Virus record (IMG/VR): IMGVR_UViG_3300034072_002211
Span: 62,001-126,000 of that record
Direction: 5' to 3' (one strand)
Length of the DNA: 64,000 nt
The number at the start of each line of letters is the position of its first letter. Position 1 is the stretch's first letter. Positions 9,533 to 18,837 of the stretch are shown one piece after another. Below the pieces are notes generated by a model. The model saw only the letters and a program-made list of their open reading frames with translations. It was not told the origin of the DNA and did not search any database. The translations under genes and the position numbers were made by a program.

Positions 9533-9960
9533 TATGCGAGCTCTAGATCGCCCATTAGATCCCATTCGTCAGTTCCAACCTTTATTAAAGCAATAGACGA
9601 CGATTGGGTTCTAGTCTGTGGAAGAAAATCAGCTGAATAGTTAACGACAACCCCAGATGCGCCAGCAACTAGAGCCACACCAGTTCCTGCTTGGCGAATG
9701 TTGATCTGTGTTCCAATAGGAAACGTGACGTTGGCATTGGTTGGGATCGTGCAAATCTGCTGGACGGCGGCTGTGAACCTCAGATAAGACTGAGCATCAA
9801 TTAGGCGAAGGGTATAGTCGCTACTCTTATTTGCCACTACGATGGGGCCATTGACAGGTGCTACTTCAGACCAAGTGGAATCCTTACGAGCATATTGCTT
9901 GCCGTCTGCAGGTGCCTCAGAAATTACTTGGGCGTCAATGTCTGTGAGCTTGATCTTCAT
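9532..9960 (-). CDS. Fibre adaptor protein
   Basis: EAPADGKQYARKDSTW motif plus C-terminal YTL..IP...FPIGTQI...WDLMGDL domain shared with 30695..31264. Confidence 0.7.
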   Translation of the reverse strand: MKIKLTDIDAQVISEAPADGKQYARKDSTWSEVAPVNGPIVVANKSSDYTLRLIDAQSYLRFTAAVQQICTIPTNANVTFPIGTQINIRQAGTGVALVAGASGVVVNYSADFLPQTRTQSSSIALIKVGTDEWDLMGDLELA

Positions 9961-9969
9961 GTTGACTCC

Positions 9970-10374
9970 TTAGCCGCAATTGGTGCCAATGCGGCGCCTA
10001 TCTTCAATTTCACCTGGGGGTCCAATGACCACATACTGGGATACCTTTGTTGTGTAGACAGGTGCCTCAGGACCTTCAATGATATACTGGGAAGATTTGG
10101 TGGTAGCCACTCGCTGTTCACCGGGGCCTTCAACAATATACACTCCTATTTTGCTAGTGTGAACACCTGGTTCTAGACCTTCAGCTACATAGAGACCAAG
10201 TTTACCTGTTTCTAGATTACTATCAGGACCTTCGAGAACATACTCACCTAGCTTGCTCGTTTGAATAGAACTGGCAGGACCTTCAGCGGTATATTGACCA
10301 ACTTTAGTGGTCTGGAGGGTACCACCTGTACCCTCCACTACCATTTCACTGGTCTTGTTGGTCGAAACAGTCAT
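9970..10374 (-). CDS. Virion protein with about seven 17-aa repeats
   Basis: Repeating (T/S/G)K(V/L/I)GxY(V/I)xEGP units. Confidence 0.75.
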   Translation of the reverse strand: MTVSTNKTSEMVVEGTGGTLQTTKVGQYTAEGPASSIQTSKLGEYVLEGPDSNLETGKLGLYVAEGLEPGVHTSKIGVYIVEGPGEQRVATTKSSQYIIEGPEAPVYTTKVSQYVVIGPPGEIEDRRRIGTNCG

Positions 10375-10377
10375 CTC

Positions 10378-11376
10378 TTAGTCCTTGGACACAACACCAA
10401 ACTCAGTGGCGTTCACATCGCCGATGTTTGCCCAAGCGGCACCGGTGGCTGGGTTGTTCTCCCAAAACGCAACACCACCCTTCCAACCAGGTCCAATTGG
10501 CGCATTAACTGGACCCTCATAGTCAGTGCCTGCTACGCGAAGAACAGGTCGCACGTTCTGTGGAAACTGTCCAGTGCCGTCATTCTTAGAGAATTCAGCG
10601 ACTGCCACTGCTTTGATTACATGACCCGCAGTAGTAGCCGGCAATGCCGCACCAGTAAAAGTAGACTTCGTGCCGCTTTGTGAGGTATAGATAACATCGG
10701 TACCAATAGTGGATGCAGGTGCGTCATCTACCTGCGAGAAGTCACCGACCCAACCGGTGTTAGTACCGTTAGCCGTTGGGTTACGGCGACGAATGGTATG
10801 ATTGATAGTGCTGTAGTCAGCGAGGATAAGCTGGTTCATGCGCGTTGCACCACCTCGTCCGTAGAAGCGAACTTTAGAAATATTTCCAATCGAAGTCGTA
10901 TCACCAGTCCAACGATTGACGAGAACACCTTCCTGGAAAGACTCAATAAGCCCCTCAACTCCAATCTTGATCCTCATGTCGATAACCTGCCACTCCTGAA
11001 ATGGAGAACCTAGACCAGTCACAGTGTCAACCCAGGCAGTTCCATTCCAGATTTGGATCTTATCACTCCACTGTGCCTCAGCGAATCTGCGGACTTTTTC
11101 AACTCCATCACTGTCGTAGAAGACAATACTTGCGCGACGTGATCCATAAGCGTCACCAGTATATCGGCGATAATGCAACCACAGGACATCGTTCGTAGCA
11201 GTCACATTGCCAGTTACAGAATCAGTCAGCGGAGCCTCAACATAATCAACGTCGTTGCTAGGAATTTCAACTGAACCCCTGCTAAACCCGCTGATAGCCC
11301 CAGAAGTAGATTCTGTGACACCAATGGTATAAGTGGAGTAGCATTCCAGCTCATCTCCGATGAAGAAAGTGGTCAT
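10378..11376 (-). CDS. Virion beta-rich protein, paralog of 57351..58376
   Basis: 332 aa; C-terminal WENNPATGAAW..VNATEFGV matches ENKDPATNEPW..VNAVQAGY. Confidence 0.75.
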   Translation of the reverse strand: MTTFFIGDELECYSTYTIGVTESTSGAISGFSRGSVEIPSNDVDYVEAPLTDSVTGNVTATNDVLWLHYRRYTGDAYGSRRASIVFYDSDGVEKVRRFAEAQWSDKIQIWNGTAWVDTVTGLGSPFQEWQVIDMRIKIGVEGLIESFQEGVLVNRWTGDTTSIGNISKVRFYGRGGATRMNQLILADYSTINHTIRRRNPTANGTNTGWVGDFSQVDDAPASTIGTDVIYTSQSGTKSTFTGAALPATTAGHVIKAVAVAEFSKNDGTGQFPQNVRPVLRVAGTDYEGPVNAPIGPGWKGGVAFWENNPATGAAWANIGDVNATEFGVVSKD

Positions 11377-12860
11377 TACTTGTTACCCCTCAAGATCCAA
11401 GTGAAGTTAGAAATGGTGTCCGAGACACCAGGTGCATGAATTGAAATTGAGTCACCGGCTACCAAGGTCTTGCCAGTGCCATCGGCTGTGGCAAAAGTCG
11501 CAACGCCATCAGTATTTACAGAGAGCGTGCCAATCTCAGTTGTAGAATTCTTACGAATACTCAGAACAAAGTTAGAACCTGGCTGCATGCCAATCAACTT
11601 TGCCTGGCTTCCGGAGAAGTTGGCTGGGAATGAGATATCAACATCCACAACGTAGATCATCAGGATCTCGTTAACTGCTGGACTGGTCGTGAAGAAGCCT
11701 GCCATCCTGTAATAAGGATCGGCGGATCCACCGCCGCCAGTGCCCGTCGGAGCATCAACCCACTCAACGCCATCTTCTGTGCTATTCACTGCTAGGATCT
11801 TAGCTGCATTGTTGTCATAGCTAGGAAGAGATATTCCCGAACCACCCGAACCAGTGCCTCCACTCGTGGAGCGAATCTCAATCGAGTCGCCGCTCGCATT
11901 ACTGGTTAGGGTGACTGTGTTATCAGAGACGCTATACTGGGAGATGGGCAGGTGGAGACCATTGACAAAGACATCAATGTCTCCCTTAGTTGACACCGTA
12001 GCAGGAAGAGTGATAGTCTGCGAAGAACCAGTACCTACTGCCGTTACCGGAGGCCAAGCAGGTCCACTTGGTTCGCTACCACTACCAGAGCCAGGCGTAA
12101 AGGAGGTCCACGCGCCATTCTGACGAGCGTAAAGAGCTCCATCCTCTGGAGCCTCTTCAATACCACCGGCCGGATCCTGCCAGATGGCGTCACCGTTGAA
12201 ATTGCTGTTCTTAGTCAGGACCTGACCCGTGGTGCCACCGTCTGGAATACCAGATCCACCTGTTGGATCAGCCCATTTGACGTCGCCGGTCGCCGCCGAA
12301 TTCTTGGTTAGAACCTGTCCCTCATTACCACCAATTGGAAGTTCAGGATCACCTGCGCCGCCGCTGGGCAGATCAAGCCATGTGAATGCGCCATCAGCAC
12401 CGGAAGTCTTACCGAGAAACTGGCCCTGGTTACCACCGAGTGGAACAGTATAGTCGCTCAGGTAGTCAGGAGTGACCCATGCGGTATCGTAGGGATTGGA
12501 AGAAATTTTGGTGAGAACTTGGCCCTGAGCACCACCGGCAGGAACACCTACACCATCGGCGCCATTATTGCCGTTGGTTCCATCAATACCGTCGTCGCCC
12601 TTGTCGCCCTTTTCGCCACGTTCACCTTGAAGACCCTGTGGTCCCTGGTCACCTTGGTCGCCTTTGGCGCCCTTAAGGCTCGCAATCCACTGGGCTTCGG
12701 TTCCAACAAAGCCATTCTCAATAGCGATCTCATAGGCAGATTTGCCGGGTTGGGAAGTCCTCTTGACAGCCCAAGCGACTCCATTCCAAGCCCACGTCTT
12801 GCCATTGACCGAGTGCTCTTGGCCAAGAGAGGGATTAGATGGGAAGTCAAGATTGGCCAT
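11376..12860 (-). CDS. Modular fibre protein with short collagen segment
   Basis: SAYEIA..NGF.GTE..W.ASLKG, Gly-X-Y stretch, 4x PxGGxxGQ(V/F)LxKxS..D..W repeats, C-terminal domain shared with 58376 and 55370. Confidence 0.8.
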   Translation of the reverse strand: MANLDFPSNPSLGQEHSVNGKTWAWNGVAWAVKRTSQPGKSAYEIAIENGFVGTEAQWIASLKGAKGDQGDQGPQGLQGERGEKGDKGDDGIDGTNGNNGADGVGVPAGGAQGQVLTKISSNPYDTAWVTPDYLSDYTVPLGGNQGQFLGKTSGADGAFTWLDLPSGGAGDPELPIGGNEGQVLTKNSAATGDVKWADPTGGSGIPDGGTTGQVLTKNSNFNGDAIWQDPAGGIEEAPEDGALYARQNGAWTSFTPGSGSGSEPSGPAWPPVTAVGTGSSQTITLPATVSTKGDIDVFVNGLHLPISQYSVSDNTVTLTSNASGDSIEIRSTSGGTGSGGSGISLPSYDNNAAKILAVNSTEDGVEWVDAPTGTGGGGSADPYYRMAGFFTTSPAVNEILMIYVVDVDISFPANFSGSQAKLIGMQPGSNFVLSIRKNSTTEIGTLSVNTDGVATFATADGTGKTLVAGDSISIHAPGVSDTISNFTWILRGNK

Positions 12861-12895
12861 GGTGCTCTCCTAAAATACCAGTTACTTATCTGGAG

Positions 12896-13078
12896 TCAGA
12901 TGATCTCTACCCAGGCTGAGCTGTTCTCACCAACCATATAGATGAACAGGGAAAGAGAAGAAGGCTCCAACCAGACTTCATTTTCAACTGGATTCTCGGG
13001 AGCAGTTTCAGAGACAGTGAATGGAGTTCTCAGGGCAGTTAGTAGTCCTGAAATCTGCTTCATTTGAAGATTCATCAT
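12896..13078 (-). CDS. Small virion protein (fibre linker module)
   Basis: APENPVENEVWLE..LFIY..WVE resembles the internal module of 58376..59338; SD ggag. Confidence 0.6.
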   Translation of the reverse strand: MMNLQMKQISGLLTALRTPFTVSETAPENPVENEVWLEPSSLSLFIYMVGENSSAWVEII

Positions 13079-13097
13079 TCTATCTCCAAGTCATGGC

Positions 13098-13130
13098 TAG
13101 AGCGTGGATGACCTAGCCATCCACGCTCTA
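13098..13130 (-). terminator. Perfect 13-bp hairpin abutting a TAAATA motif
   Basis: tagagcgtggatg-acctagc-catccacgctcta, downstream of the 13152..13937 stop. Confidence 0.55.
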
Positions 13131-13151
13131 TTTACCTTGGTTTGATCAGTA

Positions 13152-13937
13152 TTAGGAAGCGAATGCGTAACGACCTGAAACAATATCACCTGCTTCCAAG
13201 TCATATGGAAGAGTATCGAGGTTCAGAACCAAGTTACGACCTGAAACGCTATACTGGCTACTCTCGATGCGCTGACCGTTGACTTCGATGGTGATTGTTC
13301 CTGCCTGAGGAGCGAACTCGAAGAAGTTGATGAACGAGTAGGTGCCTTCCGAGAGAAGGTTACCTTCGTATTCAACTGCGGTATCACGCAGGTTGACACC
13401 AGCACCACCGATGCCGGTTGCGCCGATGTAGCGGTGACCGACCAAGTAGAGTGCGTTGGCGCCAGTTGCCGTAACGCCAGCTGGGAGAGTGTTGACGAAG
13501 CGCAGGACGCCTGCGTTATAGTCGAAAACCCACTCCTGGTTGTTAGTGCCACCGTTCAGCTTGACGCCACCAGCATTGGGGTTACCCCTGTAGACTTCGA
13601 CGAGGTAACCTGCGTCGATTGATGGTGGGATCCAGTTAGTGAGACGCGAAGTGAGGTCGCCCTGCGTCGCAGTAGCAACCCAAGCCAGGTTACCAGAAGC
13701 AGTTGGATCAACAGTCATCTGGATTGGCGTGGTTTTGCTGTAGAACTGAACAACAGATCCAGTTGCGTTTGGAGCAGGAACAGGAACGCTCTGCGACATG
13801 ATCGCATTGCCATAGACAGCCACATTGCTGCCGATGGTTTCCTCGAAACCCTGCTTGGTGGAACCACCAGTGTTGGCTACACCATAGATAGTCTTCTTCC
13901 AGAGGAAGTCGACCTTCTGGGTATCAGAAATTGCCAT
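13152..13937 (-). CDS. Virion structural protein
   Basis: MAISDTQKVDFLWKK N-terminus; C-terminal IEVNGQRIESSQYSVSG..GDIVSGRY module. Confidence 0.8.
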   Translation of the reverse strand: MAISDTQKVDFLWKKTIYGVANTGGSTKQGFEETIGSNVAVYGNAIMSQSVPVPAPNATGSVVQFYSKTTPIQMTVDPTASGNLAWVATATQGDLTSRLTNWIPPSIDAGYLVEVYRGNPNAGGVKLNGGTNNQEWVFDYNAGVLRFVNTLPAGVTATGANALYLVGHRYIGATGIGGAGVNLRDTAVEYEGNLLSEGTYSFINFFEFAPQAGTITIEVNGQRIESSQYSVSGRNLVLNLDTLPYDLEAGDIVSGRYAFAS

Positions 13938-13950
13938 TGGTCAATCCTCC

Positions 13951-15666
13951 TTATGCGAAGCTAATAGCAGAAATTGCCTGACCAGCATTCAAGCGGAAGC
14001 GGACCAGGATTTCATTTGCCGTGGAGTTGGACGAAGACTCAGTGCCGAAAGTCAGCGTGTAAGTCTGAGTGCCAGTGCGTGCTGGGAGAGTACCAGCCGC
14101 ACAACCCGCAGCGGTATCACCCGAACGACCTGGAACACCTGCGCCACTGTAGAGCGCCATACCATCCCACCAAGCATCGCCCAGAGCTTCTGGGCTCTTG
14201 GTCTGATTGGTCGAAACGCCTGGTAGGGCAACCCAAACACCCTGGTAGGTGCCAGTTACAGTCACAGCAACAGAGCTCTTGGAACCCTGCTTAATGCTGA
14301 AAGTGATATACTGAGCATCATCCTTGGTGCTGTAGTTGATACCAACTGGCAGATAACCAGTGGAGTAGTCGGTCTTGTCAGCGCGGATCTGACCACCAAC
14401 AATCACAGCTTCATGAGTGAAGCCAGCCACCGTGAGGTCCTGAGTGTTAGACCAAGCGGTGGTAGTGATGTTAGTTGGCGTATCACCGGTTGCTTCCATG
14501 TGGACACGAGCGGTAGTGCCTGGACCAGCAATGTTTGCTTCACGGACGCCGGAGGTGCCAGTGAGAACAATCAGGTTGGTTGCCGACTGAGCGTTACCCG
14601 AGCCATTTGGATTGGTTGCGGTGACCGTGATCTTCTGAGCACGATCGTTGATCGCACCACCAACAGTAAAGGTCTGAGCCGTCATGTCGAAGGTCAGCGT
14701 ATCCTTGTCCAGGATAGCAGGCAGACCACCCTGACCAGCTGCGAAGTTAACCGTAGTGCCAGGACCTGCGATAGACAGGATAGTACCAGTGGCGTAGGTT
14801 TCGCCGGCAAGATTGGTTGCGTTCGCACCAACAGTTAGCGTAGCACCAGCGGTGTAGTGCTCAATACCCGAAGAGAAAACGGCGTTCTTGGTTGCCTGGG
14901 CTACCGTGATTGCCGAGACCACTGGGTTAGCGGTCAAGCTGTCGCGCACAAAGTTCAGGACACCAGTGTTGCCCGAGAAGCTGTGACGAAGCTGTAGAGT
15001 GTTGAGACCAACAGCCGCGGACGAGCCAACAACCTGCGAGTCGAAGGACTGGAAGAAGCCATCAGGTGCCTGACCACCACCAACTGCGGTGCCGTTCCAT
15101 TTGTTGTCAGTGATACGGAGCAGCCCGGTGGTCTTGCTGTCACCAGTGCCTTCACTGAAGAGGAAGGACTCAGCTGCTTCAGCTGCGCCGTTCTTCCAAA
15201 GCTGGATCGTACCAGCAGCACCGTCACCGAGGTCCTGAAGGACAGTGGTGTCAACATTTGCAGCCGTGACGCGGACAACGTTCGCACCAGCAGCAGGGCC
15301 GCCAGTGATGCCGTTATCAGTGTAACCCTGTGCTGCCTTAGCAGTGGTGTTAGCAGTCGAGAGCGACAGCTCACCGGTGCTTAGTGGAGCAGGTGCTGTT
15401 GGGAGGAGAAGACCGAGGACTTCGTTGAGAGAGTCGATCGCGGTTGAAACCTTAGTGGTTGGCTCAAGGGCAACGGCTGGTGCCTTACTGCCAGTATAAC
15501 GGCCTTCAGTGTAGCTGCCATCTTCCGCGGGGCCGAGGTAAGTGCTGGATCCGGTACCGACTTCGGGAACAACCCAGTGGTTGTTGCCGTTGCCGTCCGT
15601 CATCAGGACTGCGCCTTCTGGCTGACCATCGGAGTGAATCTGCTTGATCTTAATCTTGGACATCAA
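13951..15666 (-). CDS. Virion structural protein (fibre/whisker-associated, G/A/T-rich)
   Basis: 571 aa, beta-rich composition, SD ggag, within the late block. Confidence 0.8.
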   Translation of the reverse strand: MMSKIKIKQIHSDGQPEGAVLMTDGNGNNHWVVPEVGTGSSTYLGPAEDGSYTEGRYTGSKAPAVALEPTTKVSTAIDSLNEVLGLLLPTAPAPLSTGELSLSTANTTAKAAQGYTDNGITGGPAAGANVVRVTAANVDTTVLQDLGDGAAGTIQLWKNGAAEAAESFLFSEGTGDSKTTGLLRITDNKWNGTAVGGGQAPDGFFQSFDSQVVGSSAAVGLNTLQLRHSFSGNTGVLNFVRDSLTANPVVSAITVAQATKNAVFSSGIEHYTAGATLTVGANATNLAGETYATGTILSIAGPGTTVNFAAGQGGLPAILDKDTLTFDMTAQTFTVGGAINDRAQKITVTATNPNGSGNAQSATNLIVLTGTSGVREANIAGPGTTARVHMEATGDTPTNITTTAWSNTQDLTVAGFTHEAVIVGGQIRADKTDYSTGYLPVGINYSTKDDAQYITFSIKQGSKSSVAVTVTGTYQGVWVALPGVSTNQTKSPEALGDAWWDGMALYSGAGVPGRSGDTAAGCAAGTLPARTGTQTYTLTFGTESSSNSTANEILVRFRLNAGQAISAISFA

Positions 15667-15680
15667 GAGCTCCTTATGGT

Positions 15681-15712
15681 GAGAAAGGGAGCGGGCCCAA
15701 AAGCCCGCTCCC
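15681..15712 (-). terminator. Rho-independent terminator
   Basis: gggagcgggc-ccaaaa-gcccgctccc followed on the minus strand by tttctc. Confidence 0.75.
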
Positions 15713-15726
15713 CATCATTTGGTTAA

Positions 15727-17715
15727 TTAGGCAGCAGCCGTGTGGTAGCTGACCGACAGAGTGTCGCCTGCTTCATACGGATAGCCGTTTGCTGCGTCGT
15801 TCAAGGTAACGGTCGAACCAGCAACCGCATAACCTGCCTTCTTCAGCTTGACACCGTTCATGTAAACCGCAACATCACCGGTCGGTGCCGAGGTCAGAGT
15901 GAACGAGACGTTAGCTGCGGCAGCAGGAGCAAAGTCCTCCTCAACAGCAACAGTGGCACCCAGCTGAGCTGCGGTGACATATTCGATTGCCGTACCAGCA
16001 GCGTTCCAGCGAAGGAACTTGTTGGCTTCTGGGGTGCCAACCTCTGCAAGGCTCGAGAAAGCCACCTGCGAAGGATCAAAGCCAATAGCAAAGCCGTTGA
16101 CGACCGAACCAACCGCACCGGCACCAAGGGTGATAGCGCCACTGGACGAGGTCACATCCTCTAGAGCTGCCTTACCAGTACCACCGTTAGCAACTGGCAC
16201 AACGCCATCGAGCGAAACAGTGAAACCAGTGTCAGCCGTGCCAGAAACCGCGATGTTTGCGCCAGCTAGAACGTTGCTGTTGGTGTTGTCAATAATGTCA
16301 ACACCACCCTCAGTATTCCAAACCAGACCGTCATTCGCCTTCACAAAGAACGGAGTTCCAGCTTCGCCTACCTTGTAGTAACCATCGCTGGAAACCTTGT
16401 AGTAGTCACCGGCGTCCTTGTAGCCAGCTGCGAGACCGTCAAGATCAGTAGCTTCACCAGCGGTTGCGCCTGGTCCAAAGGAGATCAGGTTTAGATCGCT
16501 ACCGCCGAGAACACCAACATAGTTGAAAGCGTTACCAAGCGAATCAATACGAGCATCAAGTGCGTCGATATCGCCTTCAGCAATGGTCAGGGCAGCGTCG
16601 ATTGCCTCAACCGCAGCCTTGAAAGTGGTCTTACCTTCAGCCTTACCACCAGCTGCGAAAGCAGCAAGCGTGCCATCAGTATTCAGACCGACCGCAGATT
16701 CAATGGCATCGACTTCAGTCTGGAGAGCGGTCAGCGAGCCGCCGCCGCCACCAGTTACCGCATCAAGGTCAGTGCGAACAGCCTTGATTGCGGCATCGAG
16801 AAGCATGTCCGCACCCTTGAGGGTGGTTGCGCTATTGATGTAGTTCGAGGTGGTTTCAGCCTCGTAAGCACCAGTGACCGCTAGACCAGCACCTGCCTGG
16901 GTTGCGTCCAGTTCAGCCTGAACTGCGCCAACTGCGGCAACGCGCAGGAGCTCTTCAGACTTCAGAGCAGCGTCCAGTTTGCCAATAGCAACAGTGTGGT
17001 TATCAGGAGTAACCGCAGGAACTGCAGGGATCACGTTCTCAGGATCGCTTGCATCCTCTGGGATTTCAGCCGAACCACGAACGATATAGTTACCGTTTGC
17101 GTAGAAGTTTGGAGTACCGTCAGTCTTGGCACCAACAGTTGCTTCTAGTGCGTTGTGCTCACCCTCGAGAGCCAGGATAGCGTCCTCAGCCGCATCCAGA
17201 GCAGGTTCGATAACATCCAAACGAGCGTCCAGAGCCGAGTCAGCATTCTGATAAGCAGTAGTCAGCGCATCCAGATCAGTCTGGGTGGCAGCCGCATCAG
17301 CAGTAACCTTGACAGCCGACAGTGCGGTGTCCAGGGCTGCGAGGTCAGCCTTGACCGAAGCTTCACCAACGAACTCACCGCCGGCGATTGGAGTGTAAGT
17401 ACCGTCTGCGTTCAGACCAACTGCGGTCTCAACTGCGTCCAGTTCAGTCTGAACACCAGCAACACCAGTGCCGGCTAGTCCGGCAAGTTCGTGAATTGCT
17501 GCTTCAACCGTGGTAGCGGTTAGGGCGGTAGCACCCTTATCAAAGGTAGTGTCAGCGGCTGCGACCTTCTCGTAACCAAGTGCGCCACCAGTCAGGACCT
17601 TGAGGACCTGGCCTGCGGTGCCCTTGCTCAGGACAGTGCCGTTACCGTTGGCGCCACCAATCAGCAGGTCATGCTCATTTGCGAGCTTAATCTGCTTTGC
17701 GCGTAGCTGTGCCAT
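15727..17715 (-). CDS. Coiled-coil fibrous virion protein (whisker/fibritin-like)
   Basis: Ala-rich heptads with recurrent ELDA(V/I)E(T/S)AVGLNxDG units; C-terminal VAVYMNGVKL..YAVAG..GDTLSVSY module. Confidence 0.8.
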   Translation of the reverse strand: MAQLRAKQIKLANEHDLLIGGANGNGTVLSKGTAGQVLKVLTGGALGYEKVAAADTTFDKGATALTATTVEAAIHELAGLAGTGVAGVQTELDAVETAVGLNADGTYTPIAGGEFVGEASVKADLAALDTALSAVKVTADAAATQTDLDALTTAYQNADSALDARLDVIEPALDAAEDAILALEGEHNALEATVGAKTDGTPNFYANGNYIVRGSAEIPEDASDPENVIPAVPAVTPDNHTVAIGKLDAALKSEELLRVAAVGAVQAELDATQAGAGLAVTGAYEAETTSNYINSATTLKGADMLLDAAIKAVRTDLDAVTGGGGGSLTALQTEVDAIESAVGLNTDGTLAAFAAGGKAEGKTTFKAAVEAIDAALTIAEGDIDALDARIDSLGNAFNYVGVLGGSDLNLISFGPGATAGEATDLDGLAAGYKDAGDYYKVSSDGYYKVGEAGTPFFVKANDGLVWNTEGGVDIIDNTNSNVLAGANIAVSGTADTGFTVSLDGVVPVANGGTGKAALEDVTSSSGAITLGAGAVGSVVNGFAIGFDPSQVAFSSLAEVGTPEANKFLRWNAAGTAIEYVTAAQLGATVAVEEDFAPAAAANVSFTLTSAPTGDVAVYMNGVKLKKAGYAVAGSTVTLNDAANGYPYEAGDTLSVSYHTAAA

Positions 17716-17741
17716 ATTAGTTTTTCTCCTAGTTGATCAAC

Positions 17742-18827
17742 TTAGGTTTTGTAGATGAAGAAGACTTCATCATCTACATCAACCCCATAACCGGTTTCTA
17801 CAGGGTCGAACACGAGCACCTTCGTCGTAAGGTTGAAGGTGAAGTTTTCATTTTCGATGCCATTGATTGCCATGTAGAGAATCTCCTTGGCATCACTTGG
17901 CATCATGAATGTGGTCTGACCGGAGGTCACATTCTCGACGTCGTATTTATTCGTCTCAGATTCAGAGCTACCAGATCCGGAAATTTCTGAACCACGTTCA
18001 AGAAGAACTGCTTTTGTGGGCAATTCAAGCTGAAGGTAGACAGCAACTGACTTGCCCTCAGGCTTGACATTCGTCAGCGCGCCTGGCTCATTTGGATCCA
18101 GATAGAACACATCACCATGTTGGCCCCAAAGTGGCGGGTTGACATTCGTGATTAGCTTGCCCAGAGGTCGATATTTGAAGTAGGAGAGACCAGGAACACC
18201 AATCTCAGTAACAATACCAACAGCTCTATCAAAGTTCTGAGCAGTTACTTTCTTATACCCGAAATCGGTTTCAAAGTCAGCATAAATCACATCACCTGGG
18301 AAGAATCCATGATCGGGCTGATTGACCAGACTCTGATCCGTAAGGTCACGAGCAATAAAGCGAGCCATAAGGTCGTCCACTGCCTGAGTTGGCATGTAGA
18401 GCTCTTCAATAGGACCTAGAATCGGAAGACCGTTTTCAGCAATACGGAAGATGATGCCATTGGAAAATGGATCACAGAGTCCGTTACCCGTCTGGGCAGG
18501 GTCAGTGAACAGATTGTAACGTTCAATATCTTCAATGACGCAGTTGACGACGTAGGTGTCTTGCGACGTGATTTCGATAATCTGATTGGCTCTGCCGCCA
18601 GCACCAGACGCGAACCAGTCACCTACCTTGACATCTTTGCCAGTGTAGAACATTGGCTCCTGAGTGGTATGGTTGCTGTGAGCCTGTGGCTGAATATCGA
18701 TCTTCACAGTCCACCTGTAGGGACTACCAATGAAGATATCACCAGTGTTATCATCCAGAGACCAATACTCGGACTCCGAAAAGTCCGAGATCATGGCCTT
18801 GAGCTGTAGGTTAGGAGTTACTGGCAT
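17742..18827 (-). CDS. Virion structural protein
   Basis: 361 aa in the late block; C-terminal YMAINGIE...DDEVFFIY module. Confidence 0.75.
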   Translation of the reverse strand: MPVTPNLQLKAMISDFSESEYWSLDDNTGDIFIGSPYRWTVKIDIQPQAHSNHTTQEPMFYTGKDVKVGDWFASGAGGRANQIIEITSQDTYVVNCVIEDIERYNLFTDPAQTGNGLCDPFSNGIIFRIAENGLPILGPIEELYMPTQAVDDLMARFIARDLTDQSLVNQPDHGFFPGDVIYADFETDFGYKKVTAQNFDRAVGIVTEIGVPGLSYFKYRPLGKLITNVNPPLWGQHGDVFYLDPNEPGALTNVKPEGKSVAVYLQLELPTKAVLLERGSEISGSGSSESETNKYDVENVTSGQTTFMMPSDAKEILYMAINGIENENFTFNLTTKVLVFDPVETGYGVDVDDEVFFIYKT

Positions 18828-18837
18828 TCTTTACTCC